In this document: positions 1-10,593 of the stretch, piece after piece
How positions within the stretch are numbered: the first letter of the stretch is position 1
Layout of the letters: each line of letters starts with the position of its first letter
NCBI GenBank assembly: GCA_030141605.1
Contig: JAQGDQ010000907.1
Location: forward strand, 17,488 to 81,487
DNA length: 64,000 nucleotides
DNA from: Tubiluchus corallicola
Taxonomy: Eukaryota; Animalia; Priapulida
Direction: 5' to 3'
Notes under the pieces: generated by a model
What the model was told of the DNA's origin: nothing
Databases searched by the model: none
What the model saw: the letters and a program-made list of their open reading frames with translations, nothing else
Made by a program: the position numbers and the translations under genes

Positions 1-2
1 GG

Positions 3-863
3 GATATTTCAGGTATTCAGGAGAACCTGTCTGTTGTTTGTAATGGGTTTTTAAAAGATAACAATATTGAAGAGCTTATCGAGGTTTACATGGGTGACCT
101 GGTAGGAGAGAAGGTTTATGAAAAATTTGGTATCGAGTTTCCTCTGTTAATAAAGTTTATTGATGCTAATGATGACTTATCCATTCAGGTTCATCCGGGA
201 GATGAACTAGCAAAGGAGCAGCATAGTGCTTATGGAAAAACAGAAATGTGGTATGTCCTGCAGGCTGATGAAGGGGCAAGGCTTATATCGGGGTTTAATA
301 GAGAGGTTGATGAGGACTTGTATTTACAGCATTTACAGGGTGGGACGTTTCGGGAATTGCTTAATGAAGAAGAGGTTAGTGCTGGGGATGCTTTTTTTAT
401 ACCTGCAGGAAGAGTACATGCTGTGGGCAAAGGAATTGTTCTTGCAGAGATACAGCAAGTATCGGATGTTACATACAGAATAAATGATTTTGACCGTGTG
501 GATAATAATGGAGAGCCGAGGGAGCTACACACAGAGCTGGCAAAGGAGGCAATTGACTACAGGGTTGAAAAAAATTACAGAGCCTGTTATCAGCACAAAA
601 ATAACAGGTCTTCGAATATTGTTAAATGCGAGTACTTTACGGTCAATGTTTTGAGTGTTTCCCGGCCTGTTGAGAAGAATTATAACCTGCTGGATTCTTT
701 TGTTATTCATATATGTTTGGAAGGGGATTACAATATAAGTTTTGGCAAGAGCCAGCAAGAGAGAGTAGGCAAAGGGGAGACGGCTCTTATCCCGGCTTCA
801 ATTGAGAATATTACTGTCACACCTATAGGTGGTGCTGCGAAACTGCTTGAGGTGTATATTTAG
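3..863 (+). CDS. manA: Class I mannose-6-phosphate isomerase (5' end lies before the window)
   Basis: FPLLIKFIDANDDLSIQVHP, GKTEMWY, HAVG and EIQQxSDVTYR motifs; frame is open from base 3 (DISGIQENLSVV...) upstream of the ATG at 90. Confidence 0.9.
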   Translation, partial: DISGIQENLSVVCNGFLKDNNIEELIEVYMGDLVGEKVYEKFGIEFPLLIKFIDANDDLSIQVHPGDELAKEQHSAYGKTEMWYVLQADEGARLISGFNREVDEDLYLQHLQGGTFRELLNEEEVSAGDAFFIPAGRVHAVGKGIVLAEIQQVSDVTYRINDFDRVDNNGEPRELHTELAKEAIDYRVEKNYRACYQHKNNRSSNIVKCEYFTVNVLSVSRPVEKNYNLLDSFVIHICLEGDYNISFGKSQQERVGKGETALIPASIENITVTPIGGAAKLLEVYI

Positions 864-918
864 CCGGTTAATGTTGCAGACAAACTACTTCTTGTAGAGT
901 ATTATAAAGACTTGAGAT

Positions 919-1509
919 ATGTTGATAAAGTCAGCTAAGTTTGTTGTGAGCAATACTGAGCCTTCTAAATGTCCGGCACCGGACAGGCCGGAGTATGCTT
1001 TTATTGGCCGGTCAAATGTAGGAAAGTCATCGCTGATAAATATGCTTACCAGCAATAAAAAGCTGGCAAAAACATCTTCTAGCCCGGGGAAAACAAGGTT
1101 GATAAACCACTTTCTTATTAATGGGGAGTGGTACTTGGTAGACCTTCCTGGTTATGGTTATGCAAAAGTGATGCGTAATGAGCGTAATAAGTGGTTGAGG
1201 TTTATACGTGAGTATATGTTAACCCGACAGAACTTATACTGCGTTATGGTGTTGATTGATGTTCGTATTAAGCCACAAGACATTGATCTGGAGTTTATGA
1301 GCTGGCTGGGAACTAGTATGATCCCATTTGTTATGGTGTTCACAAAAACTGACAAGATAAAAAACGCTCAGGTGAAAAAAAATATAGAGTTGTATAAGGA
1401 GGAAATGCTGAAGACATGGGAGGAGATACCGCAGATTTTTATCACTTCTGCTGAGACGGGTAAAGGGAAGGAGGAGCTGTGTGATTTTATTGGTAGTATA
1501 AAGGCGTAA
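919..1509 (+). CDS. engB: Ribosome biogenesis GTP-binding protein EngB/YihA/YsxC
   Basis: GRSNVGKSS (G1), PGKT (G2), DLPGYGY (G3), TKTD (G4). Confidence 0.95.
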   Translation: MLIKSAKFVVSNTEPSKCPAPDRPEYAFIGRSNVGKSSLINMLTSNKKLAKTSSSPGKTRLINHFLINGEWYLVDLPGYGYAKVMRNERNKWLRFIREYMLTRQNLYCVMVLIDVRIKPQDIDLEFMSWLGTSMIPFVMVFTKTDKIKNAQVKKNIELYKEEMLKTWEEIPQIFITSAETGKGKEELCDFIGSIKA

Positions 1510-1565
1510 GAGATGTTGCTGAGCAGCTGTTTATGTTTTTTGGGAGATGGTTAAATAGCTAGACA

Positions 1566-2009
1566 ATGATAGATATATATCAGGATGAGTATTTTATGAA
1601 GAAAGCACTGGAAGAGGCACAGCATGCTTTTGCCAAGGGAGAGGTGCCTGTAGGCGCTATTGTTGTTTGCCAAAATCGCATTATCGCCAGGGCGTTTAAT
1701 TTGGTGGATACACTTAATGATGCTACAGCTCATGCGGAGATGCAGGTGATTACTGCTGCGGCTAATTCTTTGGGGGGGAAGTATCTCAATGGTTGTGTGT
1801 TGTATGCTACTGTTGAGCCGTGTGTGATGTGTGCTGGCGCTTTGGGCTGGGCGCAAGTTAGCAGGTTGGTATATGGTGCAGGTGATGAGAAAAAAGGTTA
1901 TACCCGGCTTGCACCTGATGCTTTACATCCAAAAACAGAGGTGTCAAAAGGAGTACTGGAAAGTGAGTGTTCACAGTTAATGAAGGCGTTTTTTATGCAA
2001 AAACGATAA
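1566..2009 (+). CDS. tadA: tRNA adenosine deaminase TadA-like nucleoside deaminase
   Basis: EVPVGA, HAE and PCVMC zinc-binding motifs. Confidence 0.85.
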   Translation: MIDIYQDEYFMKKALEEAQHAFAKGEVPVGAIVVCQNRIIARAFNLVDTLNDATAHAEMQVITAAANSLGGKYLNGCVLYATVEPCVMCAGALGWAQVSRLVYGAGDEKKGYTRLAPDALHPKTEVSKGVLESECSQLMKAFFMQKR

Positions 2010-2212
2010 AGATCCTTCTTTTTTAAGTGGTTTTGGTAGAGGTGTTTATGCTGAGTTGCGGACAGTTATTCCTTTGTTGTATCATGCAGCTTGCCGATGT
2101 TGGAGATGCTTTTCTGAACACACATCTCTGTTAGAGTTAGAAAACTTCCGATTTTTTTTGCAAGAACGCCAAAAATGATTAATATAGTGCAAATTACTTA
2201 GTAAAGTGTATT

Positions 2213-3211
2213 ATGAAGAGAGTTGCAGTAGTAGGCTTTGGTTTTATGGGAATGACACACTCTAAGAGTATCCTCAAGAGCAATAATTTGCAACTGGTCG
2301 CTATTGTTGATAAGGAGACGGGAGGAATTGGAGAGAAGCTTAGGTCTGATAGCGGTAATTTTTCTACAGGAGATATTGATCCTGCGTTAATACGTGGTAT
2401 CAGAGAGTATTCTGACTTAAGCGACTGCCTGAGCAGTGAAGAGTTGGACGCTGTGCATATATGTGTACACACCAATCTTCACTACAGCATGGCGAAGATG
2501 GCGTTGGAAAGTGGCAAGCATGTTTTCCTAGAAAAACCAATTTGTTTGAATATTGGGCATGGGGAGGAGTTGGTGCAGATGGCAAAAGGGAGCGGCTTGG
2601 TGCTAATGGTTGCTCATGTTGTGCGTTTTATGCCACCTTACCAAAAGCTGAAAAAATGGGTTGATAGTCGGGAGTTTGGGGAGTTGAAATTTTTGTCACT
2701 ATCTAGGTTTTCGGGAGTTCCTTCGTGGGGAGAATGGAGAGAGAGACAAGCCGATTTTGGCTCTTCTGGAGGGGCTCTTTTTGACTTGGCTATCCATGAT
2801 ATAGATTTTGCAAGCTATCTGCTTGGAAAGCCTAAAAGTATAAGGAGCAACTGCTTACCCGGGAGGTTGAGCAATTACGACTATGTAAGTGCAATGTGGG
2901 AATATCAGGACAGTGACCTTATCGTGAAGGTTGAAGGAGGGAATATCTTACATTCAAGCTTCCCTTTTCAGGCGGGGTTTGTGGCCAGATTTGAGAATGC
3001 CAGCGTACAGTACACAACCTTTCAGCCTGATGTTATTCAGGTAGCCACAGATGATGGTATAACAGAGGTTGAGGCAGGGAATGCAGAAGATGGCTTTTAT
3101 AACGAGGTAGCCTATTTTGCAGACTGCATCGAAGATGGCAAGGAGCCAAAAGAGTGTATGCCGGAGTCGTCTTTACAGACAATACGATTGTGTTATGACC
3201 ATATACATTAA
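2213..3211 (+). CDS. Gfo/Idh/MocA family NAD(P)-dependent oxidoreductase
   Basis: GxGxxG Rossmann start (VVGFGFMG), GKHVFLEKP, GGALFDLAIHDID. Confidence 0.9.
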   Translation: MKRVAVVGFGFMGMTHSKSILKSNNLQLVAIVDKETGGIGEKLRSDSGNFSTGDIDPALIRGIREYSDLSDCLSSEELDAVHICVHTNLHYSMAKMALESGKHVFLEKPICLNIGHGEELVQMAKGSGLVLMVAHVVRFMPPYQKLKKWVDSREFGELKFLSLSRFSGVPSWGEWRERQADFGSSGGALFDLAIHDIDFASYLLGKPKSIRSNCLPGRLSNYDYVSAMWEYQDSDLIVKVEGGNILHSSFPFQAGFVARFENASVQYTTFQPDVIQVATDDGITEVEAGNAEDGFYNEVAYFADCIEDGKEPKECMPESSLQTIRLCYDHIH

Positions 3212-3223
3212 ACAAGACTTAAG

Positions 3224-4468
3224 ATGAAAGACTTAGCTATCAACGGAGGTGAAAAAACTGTAGAAAAAAAGTTTGACTGGCCAATATTTGATGAGGCAGA
3301 TGTTAACGCTGTCACCGAGATAGTAAGAAGTGGGGAGTGGGGTAATCCCGACTGTGCCGGTATAGTGGAGGTTTTTGAAAAAGAGTTTGCTGCATATTGT
3401 GGTAGTAAATATGCACTGACATGTGTTAATGGCTCTGTTGCTATACGCCTTGCCCTGATTGCATGTGGTGTGAACCCGGGTGACGAAGTGATTGTACCTC
3501 CATATACGTTTATAGCTACTGCTTCAGTAGTTTTGGAAGCAAACTGTGTGCCTGTGTTTGTAGATATTGAACCGGATACATATAATATTGACCCTATTGA
3601 GGTAGAAAAAGCTATTACACCACGTACAAAGGCAGTTATTCCGGTACACTTTGCTGGGCAATCGTGTAATATGGATGCGCTTGTGAAAATTGCAACAAAG
3701 CACAATATCTGTATAATTGAAGATGCATGCCATGCTCATGGAGGAGAGTATAAAGGCAAAAAACTGGGAAGTATTGGAGATGCCGGTTGTTTTAGTTTTC
3801 AATCGTCAAAAAACCTTACTTCAGGAGAGGGGGGTGTCATTGTTACTGATGATGAAAAGTTGTATGATATGATGAACTCGCTGAGGAATGTTGGGCGTAT
3901 AGAAGGGGGGCAGTGGTATGAGCACCATAACCCGGGGTGCAACTATCGCATGACTCAGCTTCAGACAGCTTTATTGAGAAAGCAGTTGGAAAGGCTTGAG
4001 GAGCAAACATGTATTAGAAATGAGAATGGGTTGTACCTCAACTCTCTTTTGGAGAAAATAGACGGTATAACCCCTCTTACAAGGGGATTAGGTGAAACAT
4101 TACACACATACCACATATATATATTCCGGTATGACAAATCCAGGTTTAGCAATCTTCCAAAGAAGGAATTTTCCAGGATGCTTGAGGCTGAAGGGGTACC
4201 GTCTTTTATGGGGTATCCTCAACCGCTGTACAAACAGCCATTGTTTCAAAATAAAAACTTCATGTGTTACGCTATTCCCGAGGAGACGGATTATGCAAAC
4301 GTGTGTTGTCCTGTTGCTGAGAAAGCGTGTTACGAAGAAGCGATATGGATATTGCAGCATTCGATGCTTGGAACAAAGGAGGATATGGACAAGTTTGCAA
4401 TAGCAATTAAAAAGATTAAAAAAGCTGCTGCGTCTTATGCAAGACATAATACAAGTTGTACATATTAG
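3224..4468 (+). CDS. DegT/DnrJ/EryC1/StrS family PLP-dependent aminotransferase
   Basis: GDEVIVPPYTFIAT, IEDACHAHG, FSFQSSKNLTSGEGG (PLP lysine), NYRMT. Confidence 0.92.
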   Translation: MKDLAINGGEKTVEKKFDWPIFDEADVNAVTEIVRSGEWGNPDCAGIVEVFEKEFAAYCGSKYALTCVNGSVAIRLALIACGVNPGDEVIVPPYTFIATASVVLEANCVPVFVDIEPDTYNIDPIEVEKAITPRTKAVIPVHFAGQSCNMDALVKIATKHNICIIEDACHAHGGEYKGKKLGSIGDAGCFSFQSSKNLTSGEGGVIVTDDEKLYDMMNSLRNVGRIEGGQWYEHHNPGCNYRMTQLQTALLRKQLERLEEQTCIRNENGLYLNSLLEKIDGITPLTRGLGETLHTYHIYIFRYDKSRFSNLPKKEFSRMLEAEGVPSFMGYPQPLYKQPLFQNKNFMCYAIPEETDYANVCCPVAEKACYEEAIWILQHSMLGTKEDMDKFAIAIKKIKKAAASYARHNTSCTY

Positions 4469-5073
4469 GCATGGAGCAGAATAGATATAATCCTTTTGTT
4501 AATAGAGGGTTGCATTTCTGGCTAGCAAACAAGGGATCAGGTTTGTAAGTGCTTTTTTACTTTCTTTTGTCTTGATACAAAAAAATCCCAAAATTGATTC
4601 TGTAAATACTTTTGATGAAAAAACTATGCTGTCGGCTTCGCTTTCAAAACCATTTAAAAGTCAGTTACTGAATACTAAAAGAGAAAGGTGAAAGGAAAGT
4701 TTAGGCGAAGAGCTGCCATTAAACCGATAGTATAACATCTCAAAACTGACTTTAGAATGGCTCATTATCCACATGGAAGAAGCTCACCTAAGATAAGTGC
4801 CATGCCTTCTGCTACTAGGCGGAGCTTAAAGAATATGACAGAGAAGTTGGAGCAACCTCCTTCATATGCACTATCGTTTTATTTACTGGAATGACTACAG
4901 GGTTTAATCATGGGCTCATAAAGAGGACTGTTTAATGGAAAAGTAAAAAACTTATTACTTAACTATATAAAATTATTATAAATTTACGAATCTTTTTTGA
5001 TAGGAATCAGCCTTATTTATTGAGATGTGGTTAGAGTTTAGTACTTAATTGTTAATATTTGTTAAGTTTCATT

Positions 5074-5081
5074 TATATTTG
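5074..5081 (+). promoter_or_regulatory. Putative Bacteroidota sigma-70 -7 element
   Basis: TATATTTG matches TAnnTTTG about 70 bp upstream of the LRR lipoprotein start. Confidence 0.45.
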
Positions 5082-5149
5082 CCAATATTTTAATTAACTC
5101 CCATCTTATTTAATAATATTAATTATGAAGCGAAAAAAAAATATTTTTT

Positions 5150-6877
5150 ATGAGAGGAACAATTGTTTCAATTTTTTCTCTGTGTATTTTTTTACTCTTT
5201 TCTTGTAAAAAGGAAGATAGCGAAGAACCAAATGGCAATAGTATTGGAGAATTGGTATTGACATCTCAAAAAGATATAGAAAACCTTTCTCAGGGCTATA
5301 CAGTTGTTACAGGGAAGTTGCAGATAGGTGCAGAAGAAGGGTCTTCAGATGTCTCTGACCTCTCTCCTTTGGGTTCCATTATTGAGGTAGGGAGCTTAGA
5401 TATAATAGGAAATGAGAGTTTGGAAGATTTGAATGGTTTAGGAGTAAAACAGGTAAACCATGACCTGAAAATATCTAAAAATAGCAAGCTAAAAAGTATA
5501 GAAGGACTGGTTAGCTTAGCTTCTGTAGGGGAGGGCTTTACGATAGATGATAATGATGCTTTGGAAGGTTTAAGTGGTTTAGAAAACCTAATATCAGTAG
5601 GTGGAGATGTGAAAATAACCAACAACAACGAGTTAAAAAGTGATGATGATTATTGTGCTCTTTCCCTATTATTAGAGGCTGACGGTGTAACAGGTTCAGT
5701 TGTTATCTCAGGCAATGGGCATAATCCCACATCAAGTGAGATCCTAACTGCATGCCTGAAATATTTCTGGGTGTCAGACGAGAATTTTAGAAGTGAGCTA
5801 AAAACAACTGTTTCTAATGCTTTTACACCCAACGATAGCCTGATAATAAGCCATCCTGATGTTTTGGCAGTAGAAACTATAGATGTATCTGGCAAGAGTA
5901 TTTCTTCTTTGTCAGGAGTGGAGTATTTTACGGGATTAACTGAGTTGAACTGTAGTAATAACAGCCTTACGAGTTTGGATATAAGTAGCAATTCAGGATT
6001 AACTGAGTTGCATTGCCATGGCAATGGTCTTACAAGTTTGGATATAAGTTCAACCTCTTTGAGTGTGTTGTCTGTAGATGCAGCCATCAAGTGCGAGCCG
6101 TCTATTATAGAAAAGAACCCTACAGATAGTAAATATTGGGATGGGAGTGAACTTGCTTCTTATACTCCATCTACGGACTGTTATTATTTCTGGGTGCCAG
6201 ACGATAACTTTAGGAGTGAGCTAAAAACAACTATCGTTCCTAATGCTTTTACACCCAATGATAGCCTGATAACAAACCACCCAGATGTTTTGGCAGTAGA
6301 CTCTATAAATGTATATGGCAAGAGTATTTCTTCTTTGTCAGGAGTGGAGTATTTTACCTCTTTAACAACTCTGGCCTGCGCTGCTAATCAACTTACAGAA
6401 TTGGATGTAAGTAAACTAACTGCTTTAACAGAACTAAATTGCAGTTTTAACTATCCTCTGGCTACTTTAAATGTAAGTGGTTGTGTTGCTTTAGAAACGT
6501 TGCTTACTGATATGTGTGCTATTACGAGTTTAGATGTGAGTGCACTAACATCTTTAACTTGGTTGCATTGTGGTGAGAATGATTATCTTACCAATTTAAA
6601 TGTGAGTGGACTAACATCTTTGGGGACTTTGGTCTGTAGCGGGACAGCTATCACTGAATTGGATCTGAGTGGACTAACAAACTTAGAGAGTCTGTATTGT
6701 AGTGGAAATTCGAATCTTACGAGTTTGGATATAAGTGGTTCAACTTCTTTGCATACGCTGCAAGTAGATGAAGCCATCAAATGCGAACCCTCTATTAAAG
6801 ATGTTAATCCTGCTGATAGCAAATATTGGGACGGAGATTTTCATCATGACTATGATCCAGCTACGGATTGTCCTTAG
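5150..6877 (+). CDS. Leucine-rich-repeat surface lipoprotein: receptor-L-like N-terminal repeats plus two capped internalin-like LRR modules
   Basis: Lipobox LLFSC followed by KKEDSEE (acidic stretch typical of Bacteroidota surface lipoproteins); LxxLxCxxNxLxxLD repeats; internal duplication YFWVxDxNFRSELK...SKYWDG...TDC. Confidence 0.85.
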   Translation: MRGTIVSIFSLCIFLLFSCKKEDSEEPNGNSIGELVLTSQKDIENLSQGYTVVTGKLQIGAEEGSSDVSDLSPLGSIIEVGSLDIIGNESLEDLNGLGVKQVNHDLKISKNSKLKSIEGLVSLASVGEGFTIDDNDALEGLSGLENLISVGGDVKITNNNELKSDDDYCALSLLLEADGVTGSVVISGNGHNPTSSEILTACLKYFWVSDENFRSELKTTVSNAFTPNDSLIISHPDVLAVETIDVSGKSISSLSGVEYFTGLTELNCSNNSLTSLDISSNSGLTELHCHGNGLTSLDISSTSLSVLSVDAAIKCEPSIIEKNPTDSKYWDGSELASYTPSTDCYYFWVPDDNFRSELKTTIVPNAFTPNDSLITNHPDVLAVDSINVYGKSISSLSGVEYFTSLTTLACAANQLTELDVSKLTALTELNCSFNYPLATLNVSGCVALETLLTDMCAITSLDVSALTSLTWLHCGENDYLTNLNVSGLTSLGTLVCSGTAITELDLSGLTNLESLYCSGNSNLTSLDISGSTSLHTLQVDEAIKCEPSIKDVNPADSKYWDGDFHHDYDPATDCP

Positions 6878-6920
6878 TGAAAGAAAAAGGAGCACTATCT
6901 TATACGCTTTGTGTAAATTT

Positions 6921-6953
6921 AAAATACCGGGGGTTGCAACCTCCGGTATTTTT
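6921..6953. terminator. Bidirectional intrinsic terminator
   Basis: AAAATACCGGGGGTTGCAACCTCCGGTATTTTT: hairpin with A and T tails between convergent genes. Confidence 0.8.
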
Positions 6954-7067
6954 GGTAGTGATCAAGATTTATCTTGGAGAGTGATGGGCACTTTGGCCCG
7001 AAACCGGGTGGTTTGTTTGGTCGATCTTTCAACTTCTGTTGCGCTTGTCATGTTACGGCTGGCATAT

Positions 7068-7766
7068 TTACAAGTTTGCAATTTTTGTTAGCCGGGCTAT
7101 ATCTACAAGCTTAATTTTTCTTTTGTGCAGTTCAATTAAATTGTCGTGGTTAAATTCTGATAGTAGCCGGATAACTGACTCTGTAGCTGTTCCAACCATA
7201 TTTGCCAGATCTTCACGTGTGAGCGATATTTGTAGCGTTTTGTCTTTGTCAAGGTCAAAGTCATCTTTTAGTAGTAGTAGTACTTCTGCAAGTCTCTCTT
7301 TGACTGTTTTTTGGGCAATGTTGGTAATATGGGCATTAGCATCTTTCAATTCGGCGCAAACAATTTTTAGCATTGCCAGTGAGAATTTCGGGTTTTGCTC
7401 TATCAGGTACAGTAAGCATTTGTAGGGGATATAGTACAAAGTAGCATCACTAATGACTTTAGCAGTGGTACAGGCTGTCTCCTGACTTACGAGTGAGCGA
7501 TATGCAATAATATCGCCTTTTTTAGCAAAGCGTATTATCTGCTCTTTACCATCTACTCCGGTTTTATAAACCTTTACGACACCTTGTGTTATACAATAAA
7601 AGCCGGTGAGGCGTTTGCCTTCATGATACACAAAACTCCCCCTTTTATAAAAGACACAATTTGCCTCGTCTTTCAATTTGTTCAGCTCATCGTTTGATAG
7701 CTTTTGGAAAAAATAAAACGTTGAAAGATCTATTACTACCTCTGGTGGTTTAATATTACCCTTCAT
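7068..7766 (-). CDS. Crp/Fnr family transcriptional regulator
   Basis: cNMP-binding-like domain (GVVKVYKTGVDGKEQII) and C-terminal HTH (LTREDLANMVGTATESVIRLLSEF). Confidence 0.92.
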   Translation of the reverse strand: MKGNIKPPEVVIDLSTFYFFQKLSNDELNKLKDEANCVFYKRGSFVYHEGKRLTGFYCITQGVVKVYKTGVDGKEQIIRFAKKGDIIAYRSLVSQETACTTAKVISDATLYYIPYKCLLYLIEQNPKFSLAMLKIVCAELKDANAHITNIAQKTVKERLAEVLLLLKDDFDLDKDKTLQISLTREDLANMVGTATESVIRLLSEFNHDNLIELHKRKIKLVDIARLTKIANL

Positions 7767-7811
7767 GTCGTTTGAGTAGTTATCGAGTAGGGGAATTTCC
7801 TCTTTTAATTT

Positions 7812-8573
7812 CTAATCAGCAATTTTCGCTAATAAATACTCCCTATTTAGTCTAGCAATATGAGATATTGAAATTTTTTTGGGGCATGCTACTTCGCAAG
7901 CACCGGTATTGGTGCACCCTCCAAAGCCAAGTTCATCCATTTTTGCTACCATCGCTTTTGCTCGACGTTTTGCTTCAACCTTTCCTTGTGGCAGCTTTGC
8001 GAGGTGCGAAACCTTTGCAGCAACAAACAGCATTGCTGAAGAGTTTTTGCATGTTGCTACACAGGCGCCACAACCAATACATGATGCTGCATCCATCGCT
8101 TCTTCTGCGTCGTGTTGAGGTATGGGGATAGCATTACCGTCAGGGATACCACCCGTGTTTATAGAGACAAAACCTCCTGCGTGCTGTATTTTTTCAAATG
8201 CGGTACGATCCACTATTAAGTCTTTGACAACGGGAAATGCTCCTGCGCGCCACGGTTCGACCGTAATTGTTTCGCCTTCCTGAAATTTACGCATGTGTAG
8301 CTGGCAAGTGGTTATTTCAGAGTCGGGGCCGTGTGCGTGTCCATTAATATACAATGAACACATACCACATATTCCTTCACGGCAATCGTGGTCAAATGCT
8401 ATTGGGTCAATACCCTCTTTTACCAGCTTATCGTTAAGGATATCGAACATTTCGAGGAATGAACTTCCCTGTGAAATATTTTCTATTTCATAGGTTTCAA
8501 AGCGCCCTTTGTCCTTGGGCCTGCTTTGCCTCCACACTTTTATATATAACTTTTTTAATATTTTATCAGCCAT
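7812..8573 (-). CDS. sdhB: Succinate dehydrogenase/fumarate reductase iron-sulfur subunit
   Basis: [20 protein letters not shown] and [12 protein letters not shown] Fe-S motifs. Confidence 0.95.
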   Translation of the reverse strand: MADKILKKLYIKVWRQSRPKDKGRFETYEIENISQGSSFLEMFDILNDKLVKEGIDPIAFDHDCREGICGMCSLYINGHAHGPDSEITTCQLHMRKFQEGETITVEPWRAGAFPVVKDLIVDRTAFEKIQHAGGFVSINTGGIPDGNAIPIPQHDAEEAMDAASCIGCGACVATCKNSSAMLFVAAKVSHLAKLPQGKVEAKRRAKAMVAKMDELGFGGCTNTGACEVACPKKISISHIARLNREYLLAKIAD

Positions 8574-8627
8574 TTTTCTGTTAATTTTTTGTGTTAACTA
8601 GGTTGTTAATAACACCCCTTTTCATTT

Positions 8628-10568
8628 TTACTTGTAACTTCTTTGGGTCAGCTCAACATTTTCAAATTTAAGCTCTTCTTTATGGAGAGCAGGCTTGGTG
8701 TTTACACCCTTATGCTCCCAAATTGACACATAAGTAAAGTTTTTATCATCACGCTTTGCTTCCCCATCATCGGTAACTGATTCTTCACGGTAGTGTCCGC
8801 CACATGACTCTTTACGATTAAGTGCATCACGAGCCATTAGTTCGCCCAGCTCCAGAAAATCTGCTACGCGTGAAGCTTTTTCAAGTTCAGGATTTATATT
8901 ATCCATCTCACCCGGAACAAAGACATCGTTCCAAAACTCTTTGCGGAGTTTCTGTATCTCTTTAATGGCTTCGCTAAGCCCCTTTTCATTGCGAGACATT
9001 CCTACTTTGTCCCACATAATTTGTCCAAGTTTTTTGTGGAAATAGTCTACCGGTTGCGATCCCTTTATGTCAAATAGATTTTTAAGCCTGTCTTTAATAG
9101 CATTTTCGGCTTCTTCAAACTCTGGTGCCCCGACATCTATTTTGGGTGTTAGAATCTCATCTGCCAGATAGTTGCCGATTGTGTAGGGGAGGATAAAATA
9201 TCCATCTGCCAGTCCTTGCATCAAAGCTGATGCACCCAGGCGGTTTCCTCCATGATCTGAGAAGTTGGCCTCGCCAATAGAGTAAAGTCCAGGAACTGTT
9301 GTCATAAGATTGTAGTCGACCCAAGTACCTCCCATAGAGTAGTGTATGGCCGGATATATCATCATTGGTTCCTTGTAAGGGTCTACATCTGTAATCTTTT
9401 CGTACATCTGAAACAGATTGCCATAGCGCTTCTCAATAGTGTCTTTACCCAACCGTTCAATAGAGTATTTAAAGTCAAGATATACTGCTTTCCCCTCGCC
9501 GTTTACTCCAAATCCTTCATCACAGCGCTCTTTGGCAGCACGTGACGCGACATCGCGTGGGACAAGATTTCCGTACGATGGATAGCGGCGTTCGAGGTAG
9601 AAATCACGCCCTTCATCAGGGATATCATTTGGCCCTATTTCCCCTTTACGCAGGCGCTCCGCATCCTCTTTTTTCTTCGGAACCCACACACGTCCGTCAT
9701 TACGTAATGATTCTGACATTAGTGTTAGTTTTGACTGTTGTGAGCCATGAACAGGTATGCATGTTGGGTGTATCTGAACAAAGCAGGGGTTTGCAAAATA
9801 AGCGCCCCGCTTATATGCAGTCCAAGCTGCTGAAGTGTTGCACCCCATTGCATTGGTAGACAGGAAAAAGACGTTCCCGTAGCCACCTGAAGCAATAACT
9901 ACGGCATGTGCACCATGGCGCTGTATCTCCCCGGTAGACATATCACGAGCAATAATACCCCTGGCTTTCCCATCAATTACCACCACGTCCAGCATCTCAT
10001 GGCGGTTGTACATTTCTACTCCGCCTGCGCCTATTTGGCGATTGAGGGCGGAGTATGCTCCCAGCAGTAATTGCTGCCCCGTTTGCCCTCGCGCATAGAA
10101 AGTTCGACTCACCAGTACTCCTCCAAATGAGCGATTGTCAAGAGTGCCTCCATATTCACGCGCAAAAGGGACTCCTTGTGCAACACATTGGTCTATAATA
10201 TATGGCGACACCTCGGCAAGCCTGTATACGTTGGCTTCACGAGAGCGATAATCACCTCCTTTTACCGTATCATAAAAAAGGCGAAATACTGAATCATTAT
10301 CATTTTGATAATTCTTTGCAGCATTTATCCCTCCTTGCGCAGAGATGGAGTGTGCGCGGCGTGGGCTGTCCTGGTAGCAAAATGCCTTAACATTATAACC
10401 CAGCTCTGAAAGTGAAGCTGCAGCAGAAGCACCTGCCAACCCGGTGCCAATAACTATTACATCGAGTTTGCGCTTATTAGCAGGACTTACTACTTTAATT
10501 TTTGACTTATGTTTTTCCCACTTCTGAGATAGCGGGCCTTCCGGTATTTGAGAGTTTAAAATGCTCAT
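8628..10568 (-). CDS. sdhA: Succinate dehydrogenase/fumarate reductase flavoprotein subunit
   Basis: [19 protein letters not shown] (FAD histidine), QIHPT, HYSMGG, HGGNRLG, ESCGGH. Confidence 0.96.
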   Translation of the reverse strand: MSILNSQIPEGPLSQKWEKHKSKIKVVSPANKRKLDVIVIGTGLAGASAAASLSELGYNVKAFCYQDSPRRAHSISAQGGINAAKNYQNDNDSVFRLFYDTVKGGDYRSREANVYRLAEVSPYIIDQCVAQGVPFAREYGGTLDNRSFGGVLVSRTFYARGQTGQQLLLGAYSALNRQIGAGGVEMYNRHEMLDVVVIDGKARGIIARDMSTGEIQRHGAHAVVIASGGYGNVFFLSTNAMGCNTSAAWTAYKRGAYFANPCFVQIHPTCIPVHGSQQSKLTLMSESLRNDGRVWVPKKKEDAERLRKGEIGPNDIPDEGRDFYLERRYPSYGNLVPRDVASRAAKERCDEGFGVNGEGKAVYLDFKYSIERLGKDTIEKRYGNLFQMYEKITDVDPYKEPMMIYPAIHYSMGGTWVDYNLMTTVPGLYSIGEANFSDHGGNRLGASALMQGLADGYFILPYTIGNYLADEILTPKIDVGAPEFEEAENAIKDRLKNLFDIKGSQPVDYFHKKLGQIMWDKVGMSRNEKGLSEAIKEIQKLRKEFWNDVFVPGEMDNINPELEKASRVADFLELGELMARDALNRKESCGGHYREESVTDDGEAKRDDKNFTYVSIWEHKGVNTKPALHKEELKFENVELTQRSYK

Positions 10569-10593
10569 ATCTTAATAATATTTTTATAATCGG

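Noticed and set aside
4540-4780. Possible Bacteroidota intergenic repeat and IS-end remnants (TTTCTTTTGTCTTGATACAAAA; ACTTTAGAATGGCTCA)
   Set aside because: Single short degenerate copies with no partner end or TSD in the window
5762-6874. LRR gene duplication as a DGR TR/VR pair
   Set aside because: Both copies are in-frame coding, differences involve all bases, and no reverse transcriptase is nearby
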